Below, in pieces: positions 1 through 12,706 of a stretch of 53,562 nucleotides of DNA. The stretch lies in the NCBI GenBank assembly GCA_053919585.1, contig CM132792.1, one strand, 5' to 3'. The notes beneath the pieces were generated by a model. It was not told where the DNA came from and did no database searches. It saw only the letters and a list, made by a program, of their open reading frames with translations. Both the position numbers and the translations under genes were made by a program. Source of the stretch: Euprymna scolopes (Eukaryota). How positions within the stretch are numbered: position 1 is the stretch's first letter; the number at the start of each line of letters is the position of its first letter.

Positions 1-319
1 GTGCAGTAAAAATAAAAATTTTAAGCAAATTAATTTGTAACAAGGAATACAAGAAATTTTAAGTTTTTTTTTTTTTCTTAATCCATGGATTTTCAATGTA
101 TGGCTTATCCCTTTGTAGGAAATCTTATAAATCCTACAATTCTTACTTTGCTCTATCTTCTATATTGAGCTTTTTTATTTTACTGGGAGTGTCTTATATG
201 AAATATTTCCTCTATACAATATTTTGTAAGACTATAAACCACAAGATTAATTAATCGGTGATTTCTCTTATTGTTTGAGGTGTGCGTGTGTGCGTAATTG
301 TTCACATCTGAAATAATCC

Positions 320-355
<36 letters not shown>

Positions 356-364
356 ATATATATA
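320..364. repeat. (TA)n microsatellite
   Basis: Near-perfect TA dinucleotide run. Confidence 0.95.
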
Positions 365-1139
365 CACGAATATTCAAAATAGAAATTGAAATGATGGATT
401 TTAAATGAATATTTTTATCATGAAATTTTCAAAATATAAATTTCTTCTTCGTAGAAAGACTTTATGTATATTATGTGTGTTTTTTTTTGTTTAAAGAACT
501 CTAACAGTGCTCAATTATTTAATGAGGGCTTATTATTAATTTTTACTTTCTTATTAATACTTAATATATATTAATATGATAGCGTGTGTGTTCTGTGTGT
601 CATGCTTACATCCGGGTAGTTTAATTGTTTTCACACAAGATCAGGCCACGTTAACTTGGTATCATATAGTTTAAGCTTGGAGAAAGCCTCGATCGAAAAA
701 TCAATGCTCGATTGAGTTTAATTATATTTATAAACAAATCGTTTTGGCTATCTTCAGCCATATTTGTATGAGAATGGGTTAGCTCTGTGGTTATGGAAAT
801 AAGGATTTACATACACTGAAATCTTATGTAAAGTCTCTATGCAGAGCAGTTCCCGTGAATGTAAATAAAACACCTAAGTGCTATAACCTCTTAATTCCAA
901 GTGCTATTCATAAATTTTGTGTGCGCACGCACAGTGCTCGATATCCTTACAGATATTTGTATAAAAGGGTAATAGATAACGTTGTGTAAGCATGTTATTC
1001 GAGTTCTTAAATAAGTTAGTTTTAATTTATATTTTAAGAATAATTAAAATGTCTCTGAAGACATCTCAATTATTACTTCCCCCAAATATACCTATTTTGC
1101 GCTAACTGGATCCTCCATTTTTAGAGTGACCCTGTAGCT

Positions 1140-1440
1140 AACTTTCCTCTGGCGAAGTAAATTGAAACATTTGATCGATTCTTTTGGAGTTGAAGACATC
1201 TGGCATCGCTAAAAAAAAATCTCCAGACGGTATCTACGTATTAACTTGCCTACCCACCGGGGAAAGACCATCACAAGGTCGGTTATTAATGTGGGTACAA
1301 TCCAGCTCCCCAGCAAGGAGCAAGTCTGCATTGGGACATTTTTTCATGCTTCAGTCTAGAAAAATTTCTGTGAACAAAAAGATACTACACTTTGATCGTA
1401 GACCGAAGGCTAGAAAGACTTCTGTGGGCATCTTATTTAC
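1140..1440 (-). pseudogene. Highly decayed LINE AP-endonuclease-like fragment
   Basis: The minus strand reads MPTEVFLAF(fs)..LFTEI..*SMKKCPNADLLLAGELD, resembling APE motifs VFLAFVYRSP and PNADLLLAGDFN. It contains stops and frameshifts. Confidence 0.4.
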
Positions 1441-1479
1441 CTCCACTCAGGGAGGTGAGACACAAGATCAAATGTACGT

Positions 1480-1625
1480 TTGAACAGTCAGCGCACTAGG
1501 ATTAACGAGTTAACGCCTACTAAAAGTGCTTTATGTTTCGTCGGCATTCTTCGTGCGATTAGCAATAAAAAAAACTTTCTCAAAGAGATTGTGAACCCTG
1601 TGTTGCTGGAACACCTGGAACTAAG
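1480..1625. repeat. Dispersed repeat, copy 1 (putative LINE 5' UTR family)
   Basis: Shares GTC(G/A)GCATTC, GCGATTAGCAATAAA and GAGATTG with 8075-8280, and GAA..GTCAGCGC with 26992-27100. Confidence 0.5.
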
Positions 1626-3319
1626 CAGGATGTTAGCTTAGCCCAACAGAAACTAAGTAATTGGGCTGATAGTCAAAGAAGTTTCCCCGATTGTACAAAC
1701 GCATACTTTGCTGTGCCAGGCAACTTTTTACCACCTCTTTGGGGGATAGACATAAGAGGTGTTAATTAAAGAATCTAGAGCGATACGATTGGCGTATTCT
1801 TGCATACAAAAATGTCTGAACAGTTCATTTGACATTTTTGATGGATGCCCATCAGGATTATAATTGAACTAACTCCTTTTCTTTAAGAAGCTAAAACCTG
1901 GGAAGATAGACCTTCTGAGACTGAACAGAATCATTCCTTGGACAACTTTGTTGCTGTCAAGCTGATTGTCGGGGATGTACATCGGAAAGGTTTGAACGCT
2001 AACCTAATCAAGTACCGTGACAGGTAAATCATGTTTGCAAAATACTCAAACATTTGGGCTTTGGCTAGGATCAAAGTGTATTTTTATAGACAAACGATGA
2101 CTATTTTTCTTTCATTTAATAGCCTTGTGTCTAATTTGTTAAAAAAATTTTGATATGTTGAGGGGAAATAAAATGGCAAAATGTAGTATATGTTCTGATA
2201 TTGTTCATCTTTTCTGTCCTGGGTCAGTGAGAGAAATTCTTCTGGATTGCAGCAATGTATTCCCTCAATCTAGAATGATCCATTTGGTGGATGGAATTCT
2301 TCATTAAAACCGATTTCGTGTCTAACTCTATCCTCTTGGGGAAGCAAGTAAAGAGACTCTATACTCCGTCGTTTCATATATTCGTTTGTTGTGAATATGG
2401 AATCGCGTAAAACGCTAACACACCTCCCCACCACCGTCCACTCTTATCACTTTGATAAATGATGTCACCGACAAAGGTCAGTTGTTAACCAGACAGGATG
2501 CATTCCTCTCTGTGTCTGTGTGCACAGTGCATAATTGTTTGCTGTAGTATTCAAGTTCACTTCGATTGTATTATAAAACTGCTGAAGATTTAATGAAAAA
2601 AACTTCAAATAAATGTATTTACTAAAATATGCAATGTCTTAATGCCTGCATATCAAACTCTGGATCCCTAATGACAAAATAAGTCCATTTGTATTGTCAT
2701 AGTGACCGGACACGGTTAATTTAAAGAATTTATTTTTTTATCTAGTAACACACACAAACTGTATACAAATAACTTTTGTTTTTCAGTCCTACGTTTTAGT
2801 TAAATTGATAGTTTTCTGGGTTTTAATTCACGAAAATTTGGCATTTGTATGCGTTTTTCTCCCCTTTGCTTTTGAAATCGATAAAATGAGTTATTTTTAA
2901 GTGTAAAGAAATTTAAACAATTTTTATTATAAAGAATGCAATATCGACCGTTAGCTGCTCGACAATCTTAAGATATGGACGTTTAGTTACACTGAAATGT
3001 TTCGATAAGGTTTCATTTCTCTCAAGCAAATTCTTCCTTAAATCGATGTTTAAGTAATTAAAATAAAAACAACGGTAAGTCATCGTTAAGTTCTAACCAA
3101 TTTAATCCTACACACGACGAGATGAAAAACCAATCCACCAATTAATCAACATTGATGAAACCATCGGGTCAGAATTTTTTTCTTTTTTTTGAAAAAAGAA
3201 AAAAAACTGATCTGGTATTATTAACTAAATGTTCTCTTCAAGAACTTGACTTGTATAAAGTACAAGATCAACTTCGATATCTTGTGGAATTTTTCTCTTC
3301 CTTACAATCCTCTTTTTAT

Positions 3320-3590
3320 GCTAGTCTTTCTCTACTCAATTCTCATTTTCATGATAGTTGCTCGACGGAACTGCAATCTATGGTGCTCGCTAAGTACTTC
3401 CACAACAAATATCCGTTTTTCTACCGCAACTTCCATCCCTTTTGTGTACGAAACGAGTATCCATATATTAAGCTTCTTTCCCAAAACATTACATTTGCGG
3501 AACACATAGCCATGGGATTGCTTCCCTGCTCATTACAACTGTTGTGTAAAAATCCAATATCAACAAATACTTTTTCACTTAAGTAATCTA
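3320..3590 (+). mobile_element. CR1/Jockey-group LINE 3' fragment (old)
   Basis: ASLSLLNSHFHDSCSTELQSMVL aligns with VASLSLFYRYFHGRCSSELQSLVP in the 41968 ORF. Confidence 0.75.
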
Positions 3591-3917
3591 AACCTGCTCT
3601 TTTTGACACTGTTTTCAATCGTTTCATGGTGTTGTTCATCATCCAACTGACAATCCTCGAATGACCTTTAAACATTGCTAAGTGAGGTCTCCTTAGTATG
3701 GAAAATTGCATTTCTCTGTTTTCAATTGCGTGTGAAGATTTATTTTTCGTTCTATATATTTGTATTTTCAATTTCAAAATAGATGTTCTTCATTTTTAAT
3801 GTTACATAAAAAGTTTATCAGCGTAAAACTTTGAGTATCAGATGTATATTAAAGGAAACATTTACTTGTATTCCAATGTTCTTGTATTTTCTCTTTCACT
3901 GCGCTGGATTATTATTA

Positions 3918-4079
3918 GGGCTATGACAACAGCATATTCTTTTCATTGTTTTGACTATCGAGTGCGTATCCGTTGATATATTCTATGCTTTTATATAGTG
4001 ATGTGGTTCTCAGTTGATTAACTCTGTTGGATATATACTGGAGTCAAAACAACGAAAAGAATACTCCGTGTCATAGCCC
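3918..4079. mobile_element. MITE, ~160 bp, ~60-bp TIRs, TA-flanked
   Basis: Left end GGGCTATGACAACAGCATATTCTTTTCATTGTTTTGACT matches the reverse complement of the right end, GGGCTATGACACGGAGTATTCTTTTCGTTGTTTTGACT. TA lies on both sides. Confidence 0.8.
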
Positions 4080-4091
4080 TAATTATATATT

Positions 4092-4565
4092 AGTGGCCTG
4101 GCAAGACCACAGAGGAGATAACCAAGAAAAAAAACCCTAAGTATAATTTATCTCAAAGTAGCAAAACTGAAGTTAGCCTATCAGGACACTATATATACAT
4201 ATGTAGGCACATTTGGACATATTTTATTGGTTTGAAAAATATAGAGGCTTTTTACCAGTCGTCGACTCCAGGCGATTGATGAATAAAAAATTGCGTTGGT
4301 GAATTTTATTGAAAAGTCGAGTAAAAGCACTTAAGCGTGCCTTCGCCTTCATGGAAGTTGAAAACATTCGCGACTACGGCAATTTTTTACACTCGAACAG
4401 AACGTTCGGACATTGGCTTGTCCAAACTAAAACTTTTATTATAAGAAAAACAAACAGGAATTGCCCCTGTTCTTTGGTAGGCTAGCTTCAGTTTTGCTGC
4501 TTTGGGATGAATTTTGCTTTAGGGTTTTTGCTTAGTTGTCTCCTCTGCGGCCTTGCCAAGCCACT
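4092..4565. mobile_element. MITE, ~475 bp, ~100-bp TIRs, in TA-rich flanks
   Basis: AGTGGCCTGGCAAGACCACAGAGGAGATAACCAAG...GCAAAACTGAAGTTAGCCTA (4092-4180) is mirrored by TAGGCTAGCTTCAGTTTTGC...CTCCTCTGCGGCCTTGCCAAGCCACT (4478-4565). Confidence 0.85.
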
Positions 4566-4814
4566 TATATATATATGCCATCTTTTTTTGGCAATTTAAT
4601 AAGTTCCAAATCTCAGCGACCTATGATCAGAATTTAACAAATGAAGGTTTTTTGGGAAGTTAATGACCTGAATTGTGTAGTCGCCTATGTGACATTTGCC
4701 CTTAAAGTCGCGCATAAAAGGGATTATCAATCATTCAAAGCCTATTTTTGGCACTTTTTGCTTTCTTTTTTACAGCCATAAAATGTTTTGCATATGAATT
4801 ACAAAATATCTGAT

Positions 4815-5150
4815 ATTTCCCCCATAACCTTTGGATTTTATGGAGGGGAGAATAAAGCTTGCTATTATAGTTTCAAATGATCTGAAATAACAGCAAGGGG
4901 AGACTTGATTCCAAATATTTGTCTTGTTATATCTCGCCTCTTTTTTTTTTTTCATACATAAAGTAAATTTCAGTGTATAAGGATTATTTCATATTAGAAG
5001 TACTCCTAATCGTAACCTATTTCCAAAAGAGGGTAGATATAACATGAGAAATATTTGGAATCGAGTCTCCCCCTTGCTGTTATTTAAGACAATTTGAAAC
5101 ATAGCAAGTTTTGGTCTCCCCTCCATCCAGACTAAAGGTTTTGAGGAAAT
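4815..5150. mobile_element. Foldback/MITE, ~130-bp inverted arms
   Basis: AAATAACAGCAAGGGGAGACTTGATTCCAAATATTT (left arm) pairs with AAATATTTGGAATCGAGTCTCCCCCTTGCTGTTATTT (right arm). The arms extend to ATTTCC...GGAAAT. Confidence 0.8.
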
Positions 5151-5159
5151 GTGTGTACA

Positions 5160-5270
5160 GTAGCCACCAAGGATACGGTGGCCCTAGGATACGGTTTCTT
5201 CAGGTTACGATATGAAATACGATGTTTTTTCCGGCCCCTGGTTACGGCATTTACCCCGCCTTAGTGTTAT
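5160..5270 (+). repeat. Dispersed repeat with GATACG/GTTACG sub-repeats, copy 1
   Basis: TTCAGGTTACGATATGAAATACGATGTTT..TGGTTACGGCATTTACCCCGCCTTA matches 13690-13760. Confidence 0.7.
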
Positions 5271-6671
5271 GTTATTTGATTATATACGTGTATTATATAC
5301 TGTACTGTATTTTGTTACTAATTCCTAATATTGTATCTCGTATTCTAATCTATCATATAGATGTAATATATCTCTAATATCCTGTTCCAAGGTGTAATTA
5401 GCTGCTGAATACATACCTTGCATACTGCAATGTACTCTCGCCGGCTGCTCGCACATTGCTACTATCTTGGCAACAAATTGAACACTGTTACCGTGACTTG
5501 AGCTTCACCACTTATGATTGGCCCATTGATATAGTCAGTCTGATTACACATTTGGCTCTCGAATCAACCACTCGTCAAAATCAATGTGTAATGTAAAATT
5601 ATGTATATGAGTTTTAATCATGAAATAAAATTTTTAATAAAATATAAAATAAAATCGTTGTAGATATTTTAGGCAAAATAGGCGATAGTTTAAATGTATT
5701 CTGAAGCGAAAGTGATGTGTAAATGGGTAAGAAAATCAAAATTGCAGTGCTTGAACGAATCTGTAAAAATTCGTCAAATAAATAGGACAAAAATCATCTT
5801 TGCTGGTGTTCTTTTTAATGCATTGTGTTTAATTGTTTGTACATAGAAAATCTATCTGTTCCTGGTCCCAGAAACTGCGACGATTACATTTCATATTAAA
5901 TCGGCTCGTATTTAATCGCCATTCCCAATTTATTTTTCAGCCGGGTAACAGCTTGTTGCAGTTTGATTAACTAAACTATTTACCTTGGTCAGACGTTGTG
6001 GCTTTGCCTTCTATGACATCAACTGGATTTTCACTTGATTAGATGTTCCTACTTCGGTGACTCTTTTGAGCTGTCGTCCGTTCCATTGGACCAGCTGTTG
6101 ACTCTGTCCTTCAGCTGCAGGGCCGTTTTGTACAGGAAAAAGTTTATTAATAGCAGGATACGTTAGGAAAACATGTCAAGAACTAAATCAACAGGAAAAA
6201 CTATTCGCCCTCCCCTAATTGTAAAAAGCTTGCATGTGCAATTCAGTAACATCTAAGACGAAAGTAAGTTTGAATAAACTAATGCAAGTTATATATCTAA
6301 CCCTATTTGTCTATTTTCGTGTCTTTTGAAGTTTAGTAATGGCGGTCTGCAAAGGCCACCACTTAATTGGATATGGAATATGTCGTGTTTTAATATTAAA
6401 AAAAAAATCAAGTAATGATTTTTTTAACAAACTCGACATGAATAAATTAAAGAGAAACAATGTAATGAGAACACTGGTTCATATATGATTTTTTTTTTTT
6501 TTCATTTCAAATATTTATCCAATTTTCAATGTAGTAGTTATTACTATTAGTAGCACGAAGAAAAAAATGTTAGATTTATTCTAACAGTCGTAAACATAAG
6601 AAGAATCAATTTGAAATTGCTGACAAACTAATATAGAAAAAAATAACTAAAACATAACTTTCTTTGCGTTC

Positions 6672-6708
<37 letters not shown>
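6672..6708. repeat. Compound (GT)n(GA)n microsatellite
   Basis: Directly visible. Confidence 0.95.
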
Positions 6709-7829
6709 GGGTAGTACTCTCCAAGCTAACATGAGTTAAACACGCATCTAACATTTCTCCCCACCCCAGGTACGCGTACCTGCCAGTTTCAGTTCATCTA
6801 ACGATGCACGAACTTCAATCATCTATTTAATGTTTTATCTTTCATACGAGGATTGGACTTTTAGTTGGAGTGTCTAATTTACAGACGAAACTTTTTATCG
6901 AGTTTCTCAAGATGGAGGATCTTAGAACTGCGTTTGTTTTATTTTTCGTTTCTTTAAGAATGGAGACCTCCCCCCCCCCCCAATCTCCTTCCTCTAACTA
7001 CTATAGAAGTAACGCGCATAAGCCCTGTACGGAACGACCTTGAGACATAAAATAATGGTTGATGAGGTTTGGGTAATGTGATACGTAAAGCCAACCATTT
7101 CTATGTCAACCATTCATGCAATGTAATATTAAAAATGTTATGACTTCCAGAAGTGGAGTTTATATAAAAACATAACTCCTGACTCCAGAAACGGTTTATA
7201 CAAAAATCTGTCTAAAGCGTCAACTGACAAAAATGACTCTATAGTAATTAAAAAAAAAGAAAAAAAATCATGTTGATTAGTATTCCGCCATCTTGAATAA
7301 AACTAGATATAACGTCAGGTTTTAATGTGGAGAATACTAATTTTGCCCCCAAAATGCGCATTCTCAATGGAATAAAAATTCCTCAAAGCACAAAAGATTT
7401 CTTTGGCTGATTTTGCTCCTAAACTGAAGACCGAAAAATGCTTCATAGGTAACGAGTCAAAAGAAAAAATTCAAATGGCTATCTCCATCATTTAATGCTT
7501 TCAAGACATAAACATGATTTTTAATGTTCTCGTGTACGAGTATTAGTACAGACCAGGAAATGTCAGCATTATTCAAAACTAAAAAAAAAAATTTCAGATT
7601 TAATTTCTCGTTTCTTAACTATTCATTTCTCTGCAGAAGAAGTGGGTGGGAGAAACTTAGTTTTTGTAGTGCTTTGCATGCATCTTTAATTTTATTTAGA
7701 GCTTTCAGTAATGCTCTGGAGGTGTCCCGTGTTTTTCTTTCCTTGCTACTCTTAAAAATAAAGGATGACTTTTCTGGAGACTAGTGAGAAACCTCAAGGT
7801 ATTTAACAACTTTTGTTCAGTCTTTTCTC

Positions 7830-7860
7830 TCACGGGACAACATCGGGTAGACCTGATAGT
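7830..7860 (+). mobile_element. Helitron-type 3' terminus remnant
   Basis: GGACAACATCGGGTAGACCTGATAGT is nearly the same as the 22347-22371 terminus GGACAACATCGGGTGGCCTGCTAGT. Confidence 0.55.
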
Positions 7861-8074
7861 TTAATATAAATATTAAATCACTTTAAGATAGCCAGTTTGG
7901 CACAAGATCAGTTTAGTGTGATGTTTAGTGTGTCGTAATAAAACTTGGATGGATTAAGATTTTATTTTAATATTTCATATGAATTGTTCGTGTTATGCTT
8001 GCCTTTATTGATGTCATGGGATTTATTTCTCTCCCATGCTGAGGTATGTAACACAAGAGTAAGAAAGTGAAATT

Positions 8075-8280
8075 GAAGAGCCAGCGCCCTCGAGACGTAG
8101 CATTCGGTCCTGAACAAAAATCCATGAGCAGCTTAGTCAGCATTCCTCGATTGGAGCGCCTCGGGCGATTAGCAATAAACTAGCCCCCTTAAAAAAACAA
8201 CGCCTAGGAGATTGGGTCCCCAAGAACTGCACAGGACCAGCAACATACCGCAATCAACAAGGAACATGCCATTTCAGGAA
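8075..8280. repeat. Dispersed repeat, copy 2 (putative LINE 5' UTR family)
   Basis: Shares CGATTAGCAATAAA with ~1556. AACTGCACAGGACCAGCAACATACC..CAACAAGGAA matches ~27060-27100. Confidence 0.55.
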
Positions 8281-11053
8281 TAACATTTTGGTCTCTAAGT
8301 AAAAAAAAAAAAAAAAAAAAAAAAACAGCGGTAACGCTTGGCTGTTATCCTTGCAAAGTTCCTAACTTGATGACTGAATGCTCAAAACAAGTGCACATTT
8401 GCTGTGAAAACTAAAAAAAAATTGTGATTAAGTGTGTCTTCGCGATTCATGACTAAATTTTCCCCTGCTGGGTTCACTCGATATTCTTAAGGCAACGTTT
8501 TATAAAATCAATTTTTGTGTATCCATGTCTTTTAAGGCATAACTGTAAAATATAAAATGCATTCAGGTCAAAGCGGAATTCGATTTGTATCCAAATTAAA
8601 TAGTTGCTGTTAAATAATCTACAAATGTTGATATGCTGTGAAATCAATCAAATCGAACGATTGTTTATTTTCTTTCAAAATCGTAATGTTATTGTATTTC
8701 TGAACTGTCGACCTTCACCTGCTTGACACAATTATTATCCTGTTGATATTCACGCTGATCGTTTGCCATAAGATTACGTTAAGTCTCAAATCGGCAACAT
8801 TTTCAACCATGCGTTTCGGATTACAATAACCTCTGACCAACGGTTTTCTTTCTTCACAACTTGTAGATTTCATGTTAAACGTTTTTCTATGTAACTGTTT
8901 GGATCCTAACGAGGGCATCTATGCACAGGGTCGACTTTTAAGAGTGAAAGAGGGAATACGACTACTTAAAAAATGGCATTCTGGATTAGGATATTTTTTT
9001 TAATTGCCTCAGTCTCGATTGAATTCCAAATAACTGACTAATCTAATGAAAAATGCAGTAGCCAAACAACTACACTTTGCTCACGGCCGAAAGGCTAAAA
9101 ATACATTGTGCTTTGTCTAATAGAAATGTTTGACTATTTCTCTATAACAAATTAAGGTACGACAAATGGCCTCTGTTGATTCGTGTGATATTTAGAGAAT
9201 TTGGGGATTTTATTTCAAGAACAAAAAGCAATTTAATTTAGACGGAATGCTATGCCGTTTTTTTTTTTGTTGTTTTTGTTTTGTTTTTTTCATTAAACAT
9301 CCTTGTAAAAAGATAAATAAACCTTTTAAAAATTCTAACTGGCCGAAATTTGGGGAAATTAAATGATTTGTTAATATATTTTTCATCGTTATTTAATTTT
9401 CTGTCAAACGACTAACATGAAATTTTGATTCCTTTCCGTATATGCGTATGCCGTGCTGTCATAACATGACTTTGCAGGACCCTAGCAATACTGCAACACG
9501 TAGGAATGTGTCTAGAGTTTATCAAATAAACACGTATTCAGATTTGATATAAATCGAAATTTAATCATCAAAACACCTGCTTCAGTGGCGGTTAATTAAC
9601 GGAAACTTAACAATTTAACAATTTATGTCGAGAAAAATTTTTTTTTTTTTTTTTCATGAACTTTAATAGAACACCTGCTTAATCTGCATTTTTAAATAGC
9701 AAATTTATAATTTTCTTTTTATTGACACGCAACATGCATGGAGTAGCCTGAAGGCTTGTATGTTCGTGTACCTAATAGTCACGTCTCAGCAACTATAAAG
9801 CGTATCCATGCGTTAAGGTATTCATATGCGTAAATATCGGAGATAACAGTTAAATGTATTCGTATATAATTGGGACATATTGGAAAGCCAAAAAGCGTTA
9901 TGAAATATTTTATTATATTATTAAAATCAGTTTTAATTTCATATTTACGCACAAGTCCAAATACGCACACAAATATTATTATTCAATTATTCTCGGCGCC
10001 AAAAAAGGTGTGAAAACTGAGAGTTTTGGTTGCAGACACAAAATAAACAGAATAAATCCAAGATTAGAAAACAAAAGTAGAAAAAGTTATTTAAACTAAA
10101 GAAACTGATCCGTAGAGTGAATAAAAATGCTTAATCAAAAATCAAAACGTAGTAAAGTAAGCGGAGATGCAAATCTCCCCTCTGCTTTGGGGGTGGGGGA
10201 ATCGATAGCCATGATCCCCCCCCCACGCACCCCTTTGCCACAGAAGACAATTTCTACGAAGTGGGAAGAGGTTTTCTCGTCTTCACTTTCTCCACTTAAT
10301 CGGATAATCCACTCTCTTTATAAGCCGGCTGATGGATTAGAAGCAGGCGAAGCTAAGATGCTACGTTCTTTCTGCTTTTCGTTCGTATTCGTCATCTTTT
10401 TCTAATCCCTCTACAATCAAAATAATAAAAATCGTAATATATAATGGGTGTGTGTATATTCTATTTTTGCGAAAAAGAATTCCAACAGGATGCTCTATTA
10501 TAAGGCAAAAATATTTTCAAAATAAGAGCGTAATATTCATATTTTTATTTTAATAATTAAATGAGAGAGCTCGGTATTGGGATCTAAAACGGTTCCCTAT
10601 TATCAGTTTTGAAGCCGACGGTACTGATGGCCTATCTTATCTAAACTTCTGAAAAAAAATATGCATAGCTTAAATGAGGACACACTCATTTTTATGCTTT
10701 TTCCTAGAAGGATCACTTTTATGTACTATGTAAGCGTACTATTGTTTCGATCCTTTACTGATATTTATACAGTTCTCTGCGTGTGTCTTTTTATAATATC
10801 GGTGGAGTATCTATGAACACTAAGAATATATATATAAACAAAAGTCGCACCGACTTAAAGATTGCCATACTCGCACACTGGTGCATTCACAATTGTGGAA
10901 GTTTTTTACAGCTTATATGCTACGCGCACATCACATAATCAAGTATTATCAGTATAAATGGTCTAAAGTTTTACATTTCTAATACAATGCTTGTATTGTA
11001 TGTATAGCTCTATTATTGCATTATGGAGTTATCTAAATCAATTTTATTATTTA

Positions 11054-11808
11054 CTAGCGGGTGTGCCTGGCGTTCCCCGGGTGCTTGTAGGGGTGTGTGG
11101 AGGGAAAAACGTGGTAGTAAGACAGGCAGGCTCGAACCCGAACAACGGAGAAAAAGAATGTGAAAAAAAAAGTGTTAGTAGGCAGGTAGGCTCGAACCCG
11201 AAGCCTTGACGAGAAGGCGGAGAAGTGGAAGAAAACGTGATATTTTGCCGCTGCACTATGACACGAGAAGTGAAAAGCGTTCAAATTTAGCGATCAAAAA
11301 GTTGACATGCAGAAAGTAAAAGTTAAGTGAATGAGTTCACGCAGGTGAACAAATGAAATCACGCTGTTAGCCAGTTAAGTTTTCAGCTTTCCGTCCGCCA
11401 TATTTGTTTCCCCACGATGTTAGGGAAAACCAGCTCTCCACAAAAAAGCGAGTGTCCTGTACAAATGAATAGCAATTGTCTGATACGAGGGGTTTCCCCA
11501 CAGTGGTCAAAGCTAATTGCTTTTGGACGTCCCTGGAACGAAAGCCAGGATCTGCCTTCGCTTTCAATTAATCTCGCTTTTATACGAAAAACAAACAAAA
11601 ACACACGAGAGGAAGGAATAGCGTGGATTTTGTAAAAGGTGCTCAAATAAAAGATAGATGACTTCCGTCCGCAAATCGTAGATATTTTGACCTAGGGAGT
11701 ATATAAAAAGTTCTAAAAATAATACCCCCCTCCGAGAACCCCGGCGAAAAAAGCCTTTGCTGGACATACAAAAACGCGCGTGACCGTTTAGCCTTTTATA
11801 TATATAGA
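11054..11808 (-). mobile_element. Non-autonomous Helitron-type element (family A), 755 bp
   Basis: The minus strand starts TCTATATATATAAAAGG and ends with hairpin CCCGGGGAACGCCAGG...CGCTAG|T. Its 3' part (doubled CGGGTTCGAGCCT motif) is shared with 46931-47565. Confidence 0.8.
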
Positions 11809-11883
11809 ATACAAATTAGACACGTTTATTTCCAAAGTGTGCTTTAGGGTCCAATTTTTTTTTTTTTTTTTTTTTTTTAACTA

Positions 11884-12706
11884 CTATAGGCGAAAAACTC
11901 TAGAGCTCTTTTAACCATAATTTCGTGAGGAGAAAACCGATAGTATAATTTAAAATAAAATACTACCGAAAAAAAATATAAAACACTGGGGGGGGATTTT
12001 CCGTGTCAGAACCGATTAAAATAAACAATTTAATTAAACATTCGTGTAAAAGACGTTTAAGATGGCACTGCATAAACTTTTCTTTTTGAAGTGAGGGAAT
12101 CAAAGTTTCCTAAAGAGTTTCAACACTTTTATAGACTGCTTCTGTCAGCCAAATATTTGTGAATAGCGATAGATTCTAATTTTTAAAATTAGTTTTGGAA
12201 CCTGCTTTATGTAGTATTTCAAACTATTCTATTTTATACTTACTTGCACAACAGATTCTCAACCAAATGTTGACCAATAACAAGGTCGAAAATCGCAGAG
12301 GAGGGGAGACTCATAGATTCTGCCTTTCCTTGTCTAATCCTGGATGGAATGTGCTGGTTTATACTAATCTGCAAATACAAAGTCCGCCTCACATAACCAG
12401 CACCACATTGTCATTTAAATTGATGAATAATTTTTTTTTTTTAAATCGAATCTTCCTCTGCTGCTATTCGCAAATGTTTGTGCTGACAGGCGTCAATAAA
12501 AACGTTAAATCTTTGAGGGAAATTTGGCTTCTCACTCTTTTTTTTTTCTCCCATGCGATGACATTTTAATCGTCTTTTACACGGATACTTAAATTATTTC
12601 AATCAAATTATTTTGTTTATTTTAGTCAATATTTTTAAAATTATACTATCGATTTTCTTTTGACGAGATGATACGCAGAAATCTCTAGAGCTCTTTCAGC
12701 TATCAC
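11884..12706. mobile_element. Large foldback element, ~300-bp imperfect inverted arms
   Basis: Collinear inverted blocks: CTCTAGAG, CGATAGTATAATTT, CGTGTAAAAGACG and CTGTCAGC..ATTTG.GAATAGC in 11884-12190 are mirrored in 12440-12706. Confidence 0.8.

Noticed and set aside
180-377. ORFs rich in IYIY, FFFF or KKKK (also 34968, 46968, 47233, 50947)
   Set aside because: They are produced by microsatellites and homopolymer runs.
7615-7790. Minus-strand peptide RALLKALNKIK..ALQKLSFSHPLLLQ as LINE RNase H
   Set aside because: Only a vague resemblance, and the catalytic motifs are absent.
12034-12592. TTAA-flanked 551-bp MITE
   Set aside because: The inverted homology continues ~120-150 bp further outward, so the TTAA is internal to a larger foldback.
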